A stretch of DNA of 64,000 nt from Podarcis gaigeae (taxonomy: Eukaryota). The translations under genes were made by a program, and so were the position numbers. The stretch lies in NCBI GenBank assembly GCA_964106915.2, contig OZ066928.1. One strand, given 5' to 3'. Position 1 is the first letter of the stretch. Each line of letters begins with the position of its first letter. The notes beneath the pieces are model-generated. The model saw only the letters and a list, made by a program, of their open reading frames with translations. It was not told where the DNA came from and did not search any database. Shown piece after piece: positions 63,853 to 64,000 of the stretch.

Positions 63853-64000
63853 CTGCATCATCGTAACTACGTGGCAGGGATTCAGCAAGTAGATGACTGT
63901 CTTAGAAGCAAACTTGAATCCCACTTCCAATCCAAAAGTGAGGCAGAAGAACACCAGCAACAGGTTCTTCCCTATGCTCTCCTCTTTCTTCCGAGACTGA
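63853..64000 (-). CDS. TMEM164: TMEM164 first coding exon, 3' part (runs off the window), contains the catalytic Cys motif
   Basis: Translates ...[49 protein letters not shown]; donor CAG|gtgagg, phase 0. Confidence 0.95.

Overview
Vertebrate (squamate, probably lacertid lizard) genomic DNA with three assembly gaps (97-236, 24640-24806, 43610-44308). Two host genes lie tail-to-tail. On +: the last two coding exons and a ~4.3 kb 3'UTR of AMMECR1 (1519-1615, 4662-4776). On -: six coding exons of TMEM164 (63853->64000 partial, 45015-45064, 43305-43371, 26796-26874, 16595-16695, 16086-16292). All introns are GT-AG with consistent phases, and the Cys (LNPCH) and His (YYIQH) catalytic residues of TMEM164 are retained. 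The remainder is intron/UTR dense with squamate repeats: 10 Sauria SINE copies in two subfamilies, MIR-related CORE SINEs, a young L2 LINE with an open RT frame, CR1 and L1 fragments, a Penelope-like (Neptune-type) GIY-YIG element, a solo LTR, and many hAT and Tc1/mariner MITEs. No prokaryotic-type system is present, and I cannot claim a wholly new system. Best leads: (1) a minimal hammerhead ribozyme in the Penelope 3' end, on the sense strand of the TMEM164 pre-mRNA ~190 nt before a splice acceptor; (2) a long pre-miRNA-like hairpin just after the AMMECR1 stop; (3) a candidate 71-nt poison exon/recursive splice site in TMEM164; (4) inverted SINEs bracketing a frame-preserving 117-nt exon pair; (5) a mariner excision footprint exposed by a SINE target-site duplication. 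Gene and repeat identities come from recognising the sequence, not from database searches.
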